This document shows, piece after piece, positions 1-14,469 of a DNA stretch of 64,000 nt. Origin of the DNA: the human T2T-CHM13v2.0 reference genome, Homo sapiens. How positions within the stretch are numbered: the first letter of the stretch is position 1; the number at the start of each line of letters is the position of its first letter. The translations under genes were made by a program, and so were the position numbers. The stretch lies in assembly GCF_009914755.1 (NCBI RefSeq), contig NC_060930.1; one strand, written 5' to 3'. The notes beneath the pieces are model-generated. The model saw only the letters and a list, made by a program, of their open reading frames with translations. It did no database searches and was not told the DNA's origin.

Positions 1-745
1 AGTCAAAGAATCATAGCTAATAAGCTAACCGAGGAGATAAGATAGAATAACAAAAGCACTCTATATATGCTGATAGAAAAGATGAAAAAGGGAACAAAGA
101 AAAGATGGGACAAATACAGGTAAATAGGCAGATAGACTTAAATTGAACCATTAAAATAACATAAAATGCAAGTGGTTTAAATGCTCCAATTAAAAGACGA
201 AAGTTTTCATATTGGATAAAAATGCAAGACCTAACTGTATTTTGTCTACAAGAAACTCACTTTAAATATAAACATACGAGTATGTTTAAAGAAAAAAAGT
301 AGAAAATTTATATCATGCTGACGTGAACCAAAAGAAAGGTGGAATGACCATATTAATACTGAATAAAGTAAGTTTCAATGTAAAGAATACCACCAGGAAT
401 AATGAAGATTATTTCTTAATTATTCCTGCAATATAATACATTAGAAAAACATAATAATCCTCCTAATAATAACTAGATCCTAATGAAACATTAGAAGGAC
501 TAGTATTTAGAATTACTAATTCTAACAGTAATTAGAAAGACAAAATAATATGCTTATTTACCTAATAACAGAGCTTCAAAATATATGAAAGAAAAAAAGA
601 ACTGCAAAGAGATAAATACAAATTCACAAGTATAGTCAGAAATTTTAATTCTCTTCTTTCACTAATTGATAAAACAAGTAGACAAAAAATCAGCAGGGTG
701 ATAGATGACTAGGAAACTGCTATCAATTGTCTTGACCTAGCTGCC

Positions 746-776
<31 letters not shown>

Positions 777-810
777 GACAGTGTCTTGCTCTGTTGCCCA
801 GGCTGGAGTG
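746..810 (-). mobile_element. Short Alu/FLAM 3' fragment with a T10-A19 tail
   Basis: gagacagtgtcttgctctgttgcccaggctggagtg. Confidence 0.7.
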
Positions 811-1067
811 TTAGCTTACATTTATGGAGCAAACAACAGCAGAATTTACAGAGAGCACTTACCGCAACATATCACATACTAGGCCATCAAACAGTCTTAA
901 TAAATTAAAAAAAAATTTCAGGTTCTACAAAGCGTATTCTCTAAAATATGATTAGATTAGAAATCAATAACAAAAATTGTTGAGCTGTCTTCAAAAATTG
1001 GGAAACTATATAATGTACTTTTAAATAATATACTTACAAAAGTGAAATTGTTTGTATTAATATTTAA

Positions 1068-1386
<319 letters not shown>

Positions 1387-2182
1387 AACAAAGTAAATTT
1401 CAATGTAAAGAATACTATCAGGGATAGTAATAAAGGTCATTTACTAATCATTCCTTAGTCAATGCACTCCTGGCTCAAAGAAACATTTTTTTTAAAAAAA
1501 GAAATTATTTTAAACTGAATAAAAATTAAACACACTACCAAAATGTGTGCCACTAAAAGAATACTTAGGGAGAAATTTACTGCACTAAACACCTATTTTA
1601 GAAAAGAAGAAAGATCTTAAATCAGACATCTCAGTTTCCACTTTAGGAAACTAGCAAAATAAAATGAAAATAAACTTACAATAAGCAGAAGAAAGGAAAC
1701 AATAATCTGGAGTAGAAATAAACTAAATAGAACATTAGAAAAGAATGCAGAAGCATCATGAAAACAAAAGCTTGTTCTTTGAGAAGACAGAAAAAAATTA
1801 ATTCAAATCTAACCAGGTTTATTAGGAAAAATAAAGAAGAAAAAATCAGTCTCAGGAATGAAAGAGGTGACATCATTACAGATCTACAGATATTTTAATT
1901 ATAATAAGAGAATATTATGAAAAACTTCATGTCAATAAATCAGACGTTTTGTATAATATGAAAGAATTTCTTGAAAAATTTATACCACAAAAAAAATTCC
2001 AGTGATTTAACAAAGTCAAGATTTCATTCTTGTTCAATCTATATGGCCTTTGCAGATTAAGGGGAACTTTGCTGTGCCTAATGACTTAGGCATTCAGGCA
2101 ACGAAGCTTCTGCAAAGCAAATGAAACAATCACAAAGTCACAAGTCAACCTGCAGAATGGGAGAAAATATTTTCAAACTATA

Positions 2183-2565
2183 TGATATGGTTTGGTTTTG
2201 TGTCCCTACCCAAATCTCATCTTGAATTGTAATCCCCATAATCCCCAAGTGTCAAGGAGAGACCAGATGGAGATAATTGAATCATGCATGGGGCAGTGAT
2301 CCCATGCTGCTCTTGTGATAGTGAGTGAGTTCTCACGAGAACTGAGAATCTCGTGAGGTTATAAGGGGCTCTTCCCCGTTCACTCAGCACTTGTCCTCCC
2401 TGCCACCTTGTGAAGAAGGTTTGTTGCTTCCCCTTGGCCTTCCGCCATGATTATTAGTTTCCTGAGGCCTCCTCAGCCATGCTGAACTGTGAGTCAATTA
2501 AACCTCTTTTCTTTATAAATTACCCAGTCTCGGGCTATAAAGAAGTATGAAAATGGACTAATATA
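2183..2565 (+). mobile_element. Solo MaLR LTR (THE1D/MSTA-like)
   Basis: tgatatggtttgg...ggactaatata; 5-bp TSD ctata/ccata. Confidence 0.9.
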
Positions 2566-2670
2566 CCATATATCTAATGAGGAGTGGGCATCCAAAATAT
2601 GTAAGGATTCCTACAACTCAGCAAAAAAAAAAAAAACAAGGTAACAAATAACCTGACTGAAAAATAGGCA

Positions 2671-2980
<310 letters not shown>

Positions 2981-3520
2981 TTAAATAGACATTCCTAAAA
3001 GAATAAACACATGCCAACAAATATATATAAAGATGCTCAATAATCACTAAATCACTAAACAAAACCACCATGAGATATCACCTCACATCTGTTAGGATGC
3101 CTGCTATTAAAAATAAATAAATAAAAAGATAAGTCTTGGTAAGAATATGGAAAAATTGGAACCCTTGTACACTACTGGTGGAAAAATAAAATGGTGTAGC
3201 TGCTATGAAAACTGTATGGAGATTCCTAAAAATTAAAAATAGAACTACTATATGATCCAGCAATCCCACTTCTGAGTACATATCCAAAGGAAATGAAATC
3301 AGTATCTCCGAGAGATATCTGCACTCCCATGTTCATTGCAGCATTATTCACAATAGACAAGAGTTGAAAGCAAAGTAAATGTCTGTGGACAGATGAGTGG
3401 ATAAAGAAACTGTGGTACATATACACAATGATATACTATTCAGCCTTGAAAAAGAAGGAAATTCTGCCATGTGTGACAACATGGGTTAACCTGGAGAACA
3501 TTATCTAAATGAAATAAACC

Positions 3521-4753
3521 ACTTTATTGCCAAAAAAACCCACTCAAGTGTGCTGATTTTTTAATCGTTACAATACTGTCCAACAGAGCAATGACATACT
3601 TCCTAGAAAATAAAATGTTATTTCAACTAAACTTTACTGCTGTAGTAGGGTATCTTCTGCTAATTATTGCAAAGTCATTGTGGCTCTCAAGCAAGCAAAT
3701 ACCCTATTAAACAGACTGTGGAACTTAAAGGTTTTGACATAACTGTAATAGGATTAAACCACTCATTATCAAGATGAAACTACTTTATGCCAACGTGCTG
3801 TTGCATAAAGGATAATACTGTTGCATGAGGATAATGCTGTTGTATGAAGATAAATACTTCATTATTCCACTTATAAGCATTATCAAAAATAGTCAAAATC
3901 ATAGAAGCAGAGAGTAGAATAGTGATTGGCAGGTACTGGAAGAGAGGAATGGGAAATGAGAAGTTGCTGTTCAATGGGTATGAAGTTCAGCTAAGCAAGA
4001 TGAATAATTTCTTGAGATCTGCCATACAATATATTGTGCCTATGGTTAATGATAGTGTATTATGCACATAAACATTTGTTAGGAGGATACAGCTCATGTT
4101 AAGTGTTATTACCACATTTTTTTTTAAAGGAAGTTGCATTGAGGCACTAAGAACTCTACATCTGTTGCAGCAGAACAAGAGCAAGACTGGAGAATCACAT
4201 ATAAGCCTCCACAGTTTCAACCTATAAGTGATACACAGATCCCTTTTGCTCCTATTTATTGACCAGAACCTCATATGGACCTGCCTAACTATTGGGGGCT
4301 GGAAATTGTATAAGTACAAATTTCTACCATAGACTGACGATAATATATTAAATGACACTACTTGGAAGACTTTTATTTTATTTTTTCCTTTTAGAAAAAA
4401 GTGTAGGCTTACAATTGTAAATGTCGCAAAGTATTTCTGAACTATGCACCAGTTGTCTAAGTGTTGGTACCTGCAACAACACTTCTGTATAAAGTAGTTT
4501 CATCTTGGTAGTGAGTGGTTTAATCTTGTTACAGTTATGTCAAAACCAAAGTTCCACATTCTGTTTAACAGTGTATTTGCTTGCTTGAGAGCTGTAATTA
4601 CTTTGCAATAATTAGCGGAAGATACCCTACTACAGCAGTAAAGTTTAGTTGAAATAACATTTTATTTTCTATGAAGTATGTCATTGCTCTTTTGGACAGT
4701 ATTGTAAGGATTAAAAAAACAGCACACTCGAGTGGGTTTTTTGGCAATAAAAT
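3521..4753. repeat. Long inverted repeat: arms 3521-3805 and 4472-4753, about 90% identical, spacer ~670 bp
   Basis: Manual alignment gives ~27 differences in ~283 bp, with a 54-bp perfect core (tagaaaataaaatgttatttcaactaaactttactgctgtagtagggtatcttc). Confidence 0.95.
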
Positions 4754-5439
4754 ACTTTCTGGGGTATGACAGTACAATATTGATAACTGCCATTACGTAT
4801 TTGTATTTATAAAAGGATTCCTGCCAGTTGTTATTTGGAAAATACCTGGCCTTTATTCAGGTTTCTCATGAGCCACATTTACTCTTTATTTTTCCTCTTA
4901 CCATTCTGTGCATTTTTAATTGGGTACTAACGGGAAAAATGTTTTCAAATAAAAAAATTCCTCAGTGTAATTTCCCTTGTGTTAGTGCTTCAGTAAGCAA
5001 ATTTGAATGCCCTGAGCAGCTATTAAATTAGGTTTATTTTTAACTGAAACTAACTAGAATATATTTAAAGATAGATAAGTTTTCATGACAAAGTTGCGAA
5101 AATATCACCTGTAGATGTGAAGACTTGAAATTGCACTTTGTAGCTCTGTTGTTCTTGAAGTTTTAAAAGCATCTGTGTATTTTTTAAAAGATCTTGAGAA
5201 ACATTTCCAAAGTATTCTCTTTAAAAAGATCTCAGAAAAACTCAAAATAGTACAGACAGAATGATTTCCTTGTTTTAATAGGAGTTTAATGATTTTAACT
5301 AATGAAAGAAATTTTTAAAAAGAAAACTAACATTTACTAGGGGCCTATTATCTGTAAATTGTGATGCAGAACTTAGTAATAATACTAATTTAAATGCAAA
5401 GTCTATTGCTTAATAGGAAAATCAAGAACTCTTGGTTCT

Positions 5440-5845
<406 letters not shown>

Positions 5846-5963
5846 TCAGAATGAAAGATAACCTTGTTTGTTGGTTTCAAGACTTTTCAGCATTTAGAAT
5901 TTAGTAGTGAGAAATGTTTGGCTCTGTTTACACAAAGAAATGTGAAAGATTCATTTGGTCATA

Positions 5964-8358
5964 CAGGCATACTTTGATTATATAGCAGGTTCAGTTCCAG
6001 ACCACCACAATGAACTGAGCATCACACTAAAGTAAGTCACACATTTTTTGCTTTTTCAGTGCATATAAAAATATGTTTGCACTATACTATAGTATATTAA
6101 GTATGCAATAGCATTATGTCTGAGAATGTACATACCTTAATTAAAAATATTTTTTGGTAAAAAGTGCTAATGATTTTCTGAGCCTTGTGATTTATAATCT
6201 CTTTGCTGGTGAAGGGCCTTGCCTCAATGTTGATGGTGCTGACTGATCAGCTTGGTGGTTGTGGAAGATTAGGGTGATTGTCACAATTTCTTAAAGTAAG
6301 ACAACAATGAAATTGACCCTTCTTTCCATGAAAGATTTTTTTGTAGCATGTGATGCTGTTTGATAGCATTTTCCCCACAGTAGAAGTTCTTTCAAAATTG
6401 AAGCCAGTCCTTTTAAACCTTTCCACTGCTTTCTCAATTTAATTTATGTAATATTCTAAATCCTTTGTTGTCATTTCAACAATGTTCAGAGCATCCTTAC
6501 CAGGAGTAGATTCCATATCAAGAAACCAATTTTTTTTGCTCATTCATAAGAAGCAACTCCTCATCTGTTGAATATTTATCATGAGGTTGCAGCAATTCAG
6601 TCCCATTTTCAGGCTTCACTTCTAATTCTAGTTGTCTTGATATTTCCACCACATCTAGAGTTATTTCCACCACATCTAGAGTTGCTTCCTCCACTGATGT
6701 CTTGAGCCTTTCAAAATCATCCATGAGTGTTGGAATCAACTTCTTCTAAAATCTTGTTAATGTTGATAACCTTCTCCCATGAATCATGGATGATTGTAAT
6801 GGCATCTAGAATGGTGAATCCTTTCTAGAAGGTTTTCAATTTACTTTGCCCAGATTCATCAGAGGAATCACTATCTAGAGCAACTAGAGCCTTACAAAAT
6901 GTATTTCTTAATAATAAGACTTGAAGGTCAAAATGACTCTTTGATCTATGGGTTCAGAATAGATATTGTGTTAGTAAGCATACAAACAATAATCATCTCC
7001 TTGTACATCTCCATTAGAGCTCTTGGGTAACCAGACGCATTGTCGATTTGCAGTAATATTTTGAAAGGACTCTTTTTCTAAGCTGTGGGTTTCAACAGTG
7101 GGCTTAAAATGTTCAGGAAACTGTCATAAACAGATATGCTGTTATCCAGGCTTTGTTGTTACCTTTATAGAGCATGGGCAGAGTAGATTTAGCATAATTC
7201 TTAAGAGCCCTAGGATATTTGGAATAATCAATGAGCATTGGCTTCAATTTAAAGTCACCAGCAATATCAGCCCTTAACACGAGTCAGCCCATCCTTTGAA
7301 GCTTTAAAGCCAGTCATTGACTTTTCCTCTTTAGCTATGAAAGTCCTAGATGGTATCTTCTTCCAATATAAGGGTGTTTCATCTGCATTGAAAAACTTGT
7401 TGTTTAGTGTAGCCACCTTGGTACATCATATTAGCCAGATTTTCTGGATAACTTGCTGCAGCACTTGTGATTGCACTTGGTACCAGCACTTATTGCTTCA
7501 TCTTGCACTTTTATGTTATGGAAACATCTTCTCTCCCTAAACTTCATGAATCAACTTTTGCTAGCTTCAAACTTTTCTTCACAGCTTCCTCACCTCTCTC
7601 AGCCTTCCTAAATTGAAAAATTTAGGGTCTTGCTCTGAATTAGGCTTTGGCTTAAGGGAATGTTGTGGCTGGTTTGATCTTCCTTACAGACCACTATAAT
7701 GTTCTCCACATCAGCAATTAGGCTGTTTCACTGTCTTGTCATTCATGAAGTCACTGGAGTAGCACTTTTACTCTCCTCTAAGAACTTTTCCTTTGCATTT
7801 ACAACTTGGCTAGCTGGCGCAAGATGACTAGCTTTTGGCTTACCTCTCGTTTTGTTTCTTACTAAGCTTAGTCATTTCTGGCTTTTGGCTTCAGATGAGA
7901 CATGTGTGACTCTTCTTTTTACTGAACACATAGAGGTCATTGCAGGGTTATTAACTGGCCTAACTTTAATATTACTGTATGTCAGGAATATGGAGAACCA
8001 AGGAGAGTGGGGGAGATGAGGGAAAGGCTGGTCAATGGGGCAGTCAGAACACAGACTATATTTATTGATTAAGTTTGATGTCTTACATGGGTGTGGTTTG
8101 TGGTACCTCAAAACAATTACAATAGTAACATCAAAGATCACAAATCACCACAACAGATATAAAATATAAAAATAATTAAAAGTTTTGAAATAGTGCGAGA
8201 ATTAACAAATTATAACACAGATACATGAAATGAACACGTGCTTTTGGAAAAATGGCACTGATATACTTGCTGGGTGCAGTTGTCACAAACCAGTCTGTAA
8301 AAAACAGAACATCTGCTAAGTGTGATGACTTGAAGCACAATAAAACAAGATATGCCTG
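5964..8358 (-). mobile_element. Near full-length Tigger1 (TcMar-Tigger/pogo DNA transposon, ~2.4 kb) with decayed transposase
   Basis: Terminal inverted repeats caggcatac... and ...atatgcctg; TA on the left flank; the minus strand carries Tigger1 transposase remnants (e.g. ORF 6518..6739 [12 protein letters not shown]...[10 protein letters not shown]). Confidence 0.92.
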
Positions 8359-9989
8359 GATTTGTAAATAAGCCTTTGGCCACTCTCTAGCCTAATGAAC
8401 TAGGTGCTTTCCTGAATCATTTACTTTTCATACATTCCCTTTCAAATAGTTTGAAAACAGTCTCAAATAGTATTTTTTTAAAAATAATTTTGAGATGGTA
8501 GGAAGGTGGACAGGAAAATATGTCTTGGAAACCTCAAAGAAGATAAAGGTCCTCTATAAATACAAACAAGACTCTAAGACTCAGTCAAGGAAAACTTTAT
8601 AATGAAAATGAGAGAGAAAGAGGAAAATGCTATATGATGATATATTAAAGTGCCCAACCTACTCATTCCAAATAATGGGCTGTACATTATTCACTGATTT
8701 CTCTACTTCTTATTCTCAATTTGCAGTAATTTGTTTCTTTGTTAAATTCCTTTATGATTAACTTGCAAAGTCCCTATTAGTAAAAATACAGTTTCTGATA
8801 TATTGCATAAACTTTATAATAATCCAGAACTATTTATTTCTCATGGTTTGAATTCCACTTGACATTGCTAAAATTCTTGCTTTAAAAAACTTCACTGGCT
8901 CTTGAGGAAAACAATACAAAACAGAGAAAGGACTACAACTTAAATGTAGACAAAATTTTTAAAAAATGGAGTTACTGATCATCTATTCATCCCGTAAACT
9001 TCAGGATTTCAGCAGTACATTAGGAGCCTGTTTTATTTTCACATACTTGTATTTTCCTCTTGTGTACTCCTACTAGTCACCTGCTTATGGTGACAGAAAA
9101 CAAATGGGGCAACAAACCTATCAAGCGTGCATTTACTTGTTGAAATCCCTTTTTGCATTCATGGGTTTAGATAATATCTTTTAATATCTAACACCAGCAG
9201 GCATCGCCTGAGAAAATCTGAAAAATTATTTGTTGCATTTTTATTGGCTTATCCTTATAAAGATTTTTTAAATTTATACTTCCTACCTATCATATATATG
9301 TTCCTATAGAAAGTAAAATTATATTTAAACTCAATAATGAGTAAACTTAAATATTAAAGTGGTATATTACATGGTTCAGGTTAAATTTTGCTGGCATAAA
9401 ATTCTTTAAAAAATGACCCCCCCCAAAAAATAAAATTGCATAACTATTAGAAGGAAATATTCTTTTAGGGGGCTTGAAGAATTTCTCAGTACTTAATTTT
9501 CATTTTACCTCAAGCTGGCATAAATAAAACTTCAGGGCATTTAAAATTCTTAGAAATGAAAATTTCAATTACAGATGGCAGAATACAATTTAGACTCCAG
9601 TCTTTTTTCTTGAAATTTACCAATATTGACAGCAAATGAAAATTACAGAAAAAAATTTTACCCTCAATGAAATATGAGCATATCCACAATCCAAATAATA
9701 AACTGTGAATCAAATACCGTCAAATATAACCAAAGTAAATAAAGGGGCCAAAAAAGGTGACCCATAACTCTTTTCAAAACCTTAAGGAGGTCGCATTAGT
9801 TCCTAAAGGTGAGAGCACAATCTGAGCATATGGATGTAGCTGGGATAAGAGAGAGTTGTTCCCATAAAAGAGACACCTATGGCTACATTTGTTGTTTATG
9901 ACTTAGTTTTCTTGTAGTCAAAGGAAGCTACAAGAAGAGAAGGGAAAAACAAGAAGAGAAAGGAGATTTCTAATAATACAGAGCATATT

Positions 9990-12200
9990 GAGCACATGCA
10001 TTTAAGTCTGCTCCTTTTTGGAGCCCCATGAAGATAATGTAGCTTTCAAAAAAATATAAACGTCATTAAAAAGAAAGTGGAAATAAGAGACAATATTAGA
10101 TGAACTCTTAACAAAGTGAGGAAATAGAAAGCAGGTGGGAGAGTGGTAATTGACTAAGCATGGGGAAAGATGAAACCTGAGTGCCTGAACAGAAGGATGT
10201 CAATAAGAATTCAAGTTGCAGAATCTTAGAAAAATGCAAGAATTTGCGGCAAGCTGGATCTCAGGAGGTAAGGGTGTGAGGCTTGCCTGAGAAGACCAGG
10301 CCTGGTTGAAATCTTCTTAAGAGGCAGTTAGACCCATGGGTAGGATGAGGTTTCTACTCTGATGAAATTACTAGAGACCTGTGATTTGCAGGACACGGAG
10401 TACAGTGGAGGTCTGAAATGAGAATCTTCCTAAAACTGAAGGTTTTAGAGGAAACACAGTACTGAAGAGTGAGATTCCCTGTCTGATTGCTTTGTTTTTT
10501 GTTCCTGTTAACAGATGTATTCCCACTAGGCAGGAAATTGGATTGAGTTTTCTCTAGACAAATGGTTCTTGATTGTGGCCTCAGGCCCAGCAACACCAGT
10601 ATCACCTGAAACTTATTACAAATGCAAATTTTCAGACTCTGTGCACTGACTGAAAACATCCAAGTGTGGGGCCTAGCAATTTTTGTTTTAACAAGACATC
10701 CAAGTGATTCTGAAGCACTCAGGTGTGAATATCAAACTCAAGATTTGAGAACCACTGCTCTAGAAAAACTGATTGGCCCAAGAGATCTGGCGTCAACTAC
10801 TTCACTCTACCATGAAGGCTGCCAGCCAGTTACACCCAAGCACAAGCACATAGCTTCCAATATGCTTTCAAAATACCAGACACGAAGGGATCACAAGATT
10901 TTCGAGGAGAGCCTTGAAGTCGGAACACTGAAACCCAAACAAACAGGAAAAAGGACATAGAGAAAAGCATGACATTGAAAAGAACAGAAAGAACATAAAA
11001 ACTATAATTGACAGCTTCAGAAAGTTAAGAAAAGAGATTGAATTCATAAAACCAGATCAGACGATTAAAAAAGGAACAATAAGAAACAAGAAAGAGCTCT
11101 TTGGAAATTGAAAGTATGATTGCTGAATAAAAAAAAAATCCCTCTAGAAGAGTTATATGTGAAGGTCGTCCAAATTGAAATGGCCCACTGTGCTGTGTAC
11201 CCAGCAGAAGAATGAAAAAATACCTGCACCAATTCAGAACCTGAAGTTTCAGAACACTAGACTTTAAGAGAGGTGGGAAAGAGTTACCTATAAAGCCTGG
11301 GGAATCAAATTGGCACCTGGTACTATAGCAGCTAAACTGTGGAACCTGGGAGATAATGGGTAAATGCCTCCAAATTTCAGAAAGAAGTTTCTAACTGATG
11401 TGCAGCCAAATTATCTTTAAGGTGTGAGGATGGAATAAAAACATTTTCAGATGCATGGATCTTAAAAATTTACCTCCTATGCTTCCTTCCTCAGAATGCA
11501 CTCCATGTAAACAAGAAGACTCAAGATTTAAGAAACAAGGCCACCATCACTGGACATAGAAAAAGAGGATCCTCAGAATCAAATCTATAGGAAATTTCAA
11601 GGTAGAAGATACTGCAACAGACTTAGAGAGTGACTAGATGACTGGCTCAAGAGACCAGAGGGCTCCAGGAGTGACTGTTCTGGGAGGAAGAAATGGATTT
11701 AACCAATTACTTGACATGGAAACTGAAACTGAATTTGGGAAGAATTAGGGTTATTAACAGAAAAGCAAGACAATTACTAACTTAAGAAAATAAGCTGAGT
11801 AGGAAAGAAATGTAATAATAGCCCAGATTTGAAAAAAATATTTACATAGTCATATTAATGTGAGCACTGAACACTGATTTAATAAATGATGGTAAAACAA
11901 TAATGAGATGATGTAGGGAGAGAAACACACATGGCAGAAGTGGTAAAAGTGGGCTAAATCTTCGCAGTTCATTATAGAAAGTCAATAGATGATGTACAGT
12001 TGCTAAATCAATCACAAAACAGCAGAATAATTGTATATGAATTTACTGAAAAAGCTGAACATTGGTGTGGGCTCCATTTAAAGGTAGAACTTAAATTAGG
12101 CAAGTGGGAGGATAATGGTTATGTTAGAAAAAGTTACATAATAACTAACAAAGATCAGGAACTGGGAAACGGAGCTATAAAAAAGTATACCAATTTCAAA
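9990..12200 (+). mobile_element. Ancient HAL1/L1M ORF1-like fragments
   Basis: A-rich degenerate ORF1-like sequence (aagaaagagctctttggaaattgaaagtatgattgctgaa; tgcagccaaattatctttaaggtgtgaggatggaataaaaacattttcag); boundaries approximate. Confidence 0.5.
10560..10757. mobile_element. MER5A (hAT-Charlie MITE)
   Basis: Ends ...tggttctt and gagaaccactg; 8-bp TSD ctctagac/ctctagaa. Confidence 0.85.
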
Positions 12201-14256
12201 ATATTTTATGATAGGGAAGAAATAGGGTGGCCAGAAAAAGGGAAACAAATATTTTTTAAAACTGTACAATCTCCTAATGTTTTGCATAATCTTATTCCCT
12301 TATCCATAGAAATTCTAGAAATGGATAGCCCTCAAATTTTTTGAACATTGTATAAAGTTTAGCAAAGTCTTTTAGCTTCAAAAATTCTTTTGCTTTTTAA
12401 AAATTTTAAGTAAATATCATATAATTATTTAAATAAAATTTAATATGCTCTGTATCAATCTATCACCTATCTTATATATCTAAACCATTTATCCATCTAT
12501 CTTTTTGTCTGCATATGTACTAATTGAGCAACATCTAGAATGAGCTTCACCTAATGTTAATGATGATGCTTCTAAGTGATGAGACTTGGAATTATTTTTT
12601 ACACTTGTCTTTTTACTTTTTGTATTGATTAGAATTGTTTAATAATAATTATATTCATATTAAAGTATCTTTAGAGTCTTGAAATTGAAGACTTATTTTT
12701 GAATGAATTTTATGGCTTGCAAGTTGAATGATGTCATTCACCCTTTATCATGCTTCTATATTATAATCTCTCATTATGTTTTTAGTACTCTTAGAATTAA
12801 ACTATTTGTTTCATGTTCCTCGTTTCCTCATTTATTATTTTTTCTTCATGTACACATCACTACATTATATTTCTTATTCCTATGAGTCAGAAATGTGTGC
12901 TTAACTTATACCATTATGTATATATTTCACATTTGAAAGAGACACAAACAGAATGGCCACATATTTTGCAATGGATATTTTACTATAATTAATTTTCTTG
13001 AACAAAGATACATGTGTATGTGTTTCATTATTTAATTCTTAAACCTTTAAGAAGAATTATTGTGAAATGCCAAAATTTGGTTCATACCTAAGATTTTCTG
13101 TTTCCCTTGAAAACATTCAAACAAGTACCCAAACAACAAGGAAAAGAAGCTTTCACTTACTTTTACTTAATGGAGTCTAAGAAGATAAGCTCCACCTTCA
13201 CCAACAAAAATGACAATAAAAACAATGCTACAGTGATTGTAGCTGGAGATATAATCAAGGCACTGTTGAAACAACTTAACAACCGGGAACCTGTGAATCA
13301 GAGCAGAAGCTGCTGGAGCCGGACGGCACCAACAGGGGCAGGCATTTACCTCGTAGTTGCTGGATTGTGGGCAGTTGGAGAAAGGTGTGCAGTGGAGCTG
13401 GGTCAACAGGGATAATTCTGCACATTCAGGAGGTTTAGGGCAGTAGCTGTATATCTATAAGTATGGAAGTATTTTAGTACTTTAACCACTACTAGTGGTT
13501 AACTGCAGCCAGTACTGTTGCCAACGATGAAGACCAACCTTGGTTATAGTATCTTACGTTTATACAGTTAGAATTTACATACAAATTCAATCCTAAAGAA
13601 CAAAGTGAAGTTAAAGCCATGCTCTTGCAAATCACTGCTTGAAATCCTACCATTATTAATCAATTACTTTGGGTTAAGCATATACCATCCTTTTAAAAAT
13701 GAAAATCCAGTTATCAAGTAGTAACATCAAAGCTATTGCCAGCAATTGCCACTGATGTGAGTCTCTCTCAAGTGTTAAGAACAGGACACCCAGAGAAAGG
13801 CAATTTTGAAAGAGTAGGTGACGACGGGCAATACAATTAATTGGGCCCTTTATGTATGAGCTGACTGCACATGAAGAGAAGACATAAAGAAGAAGACGGG
13901 AATGAGTACAAATAATGAGGGATAAGTCAGGAGAAATGCCATAGACAACAATTTTCTACTTGTTAATTTTTCCCAGGCTTCATTCTGCAAAGAAAACAAG
14001 AGAAAAGTTGGCTCTAATATTTCATCTCATTTTAGCAGCAGGGAAATGGCTAACCTTTCGTATGTCCTTTGTCCCAGAGCCAAACTCCATTTTCTCCTTC
14101 ATGCTTCCTAATGTATTTTGTTCTATTACGGAGCCAAATACATTCATTGTAATTAAACATGGACTTTGAGAGCTAGAAGTGTTTTAAGAGTTCAAAGATA
14201 AAACCATCTTTTGATGGTCTGTGCCAAATAAGCACAAACCCTGATTTCTGAAAATC

Positions 14257-14469
14257 CATGATTTCTCAACCTTAACAATACTGACATTTGGAGCTGGGTT
14301 TTTGTTGTTGTGGGGGGGGCTGTCCTGTGCATTGTAGTATGTTTAAAGCATTCTTGGTCTCTACCCACCAGATGTCTGTAGAATTCCTCCTGTCCCAACA
14401 ATCAAAAATGTTTTCAGGCATTGCTAAATATCCCCTGGGAGGCAAAATTGCCCCTGGTTGAGAATGCTG
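14257..14469. mobile_element. MER20 (hAT-Charlie)
   Basis: tttctcaacc...gggggctgtcctgtgcattgtag...ggcaaaattgcccctggttgagaa. Confidence 0.88.

Noticed and set aside
3798-3856. Short repeats resembling a CRISPR-like array (also 18694-18765 and 59063-59178)
   Set aside because: Head-to-tail tandem units without unique spacers, in primate DNA with no cas genes.
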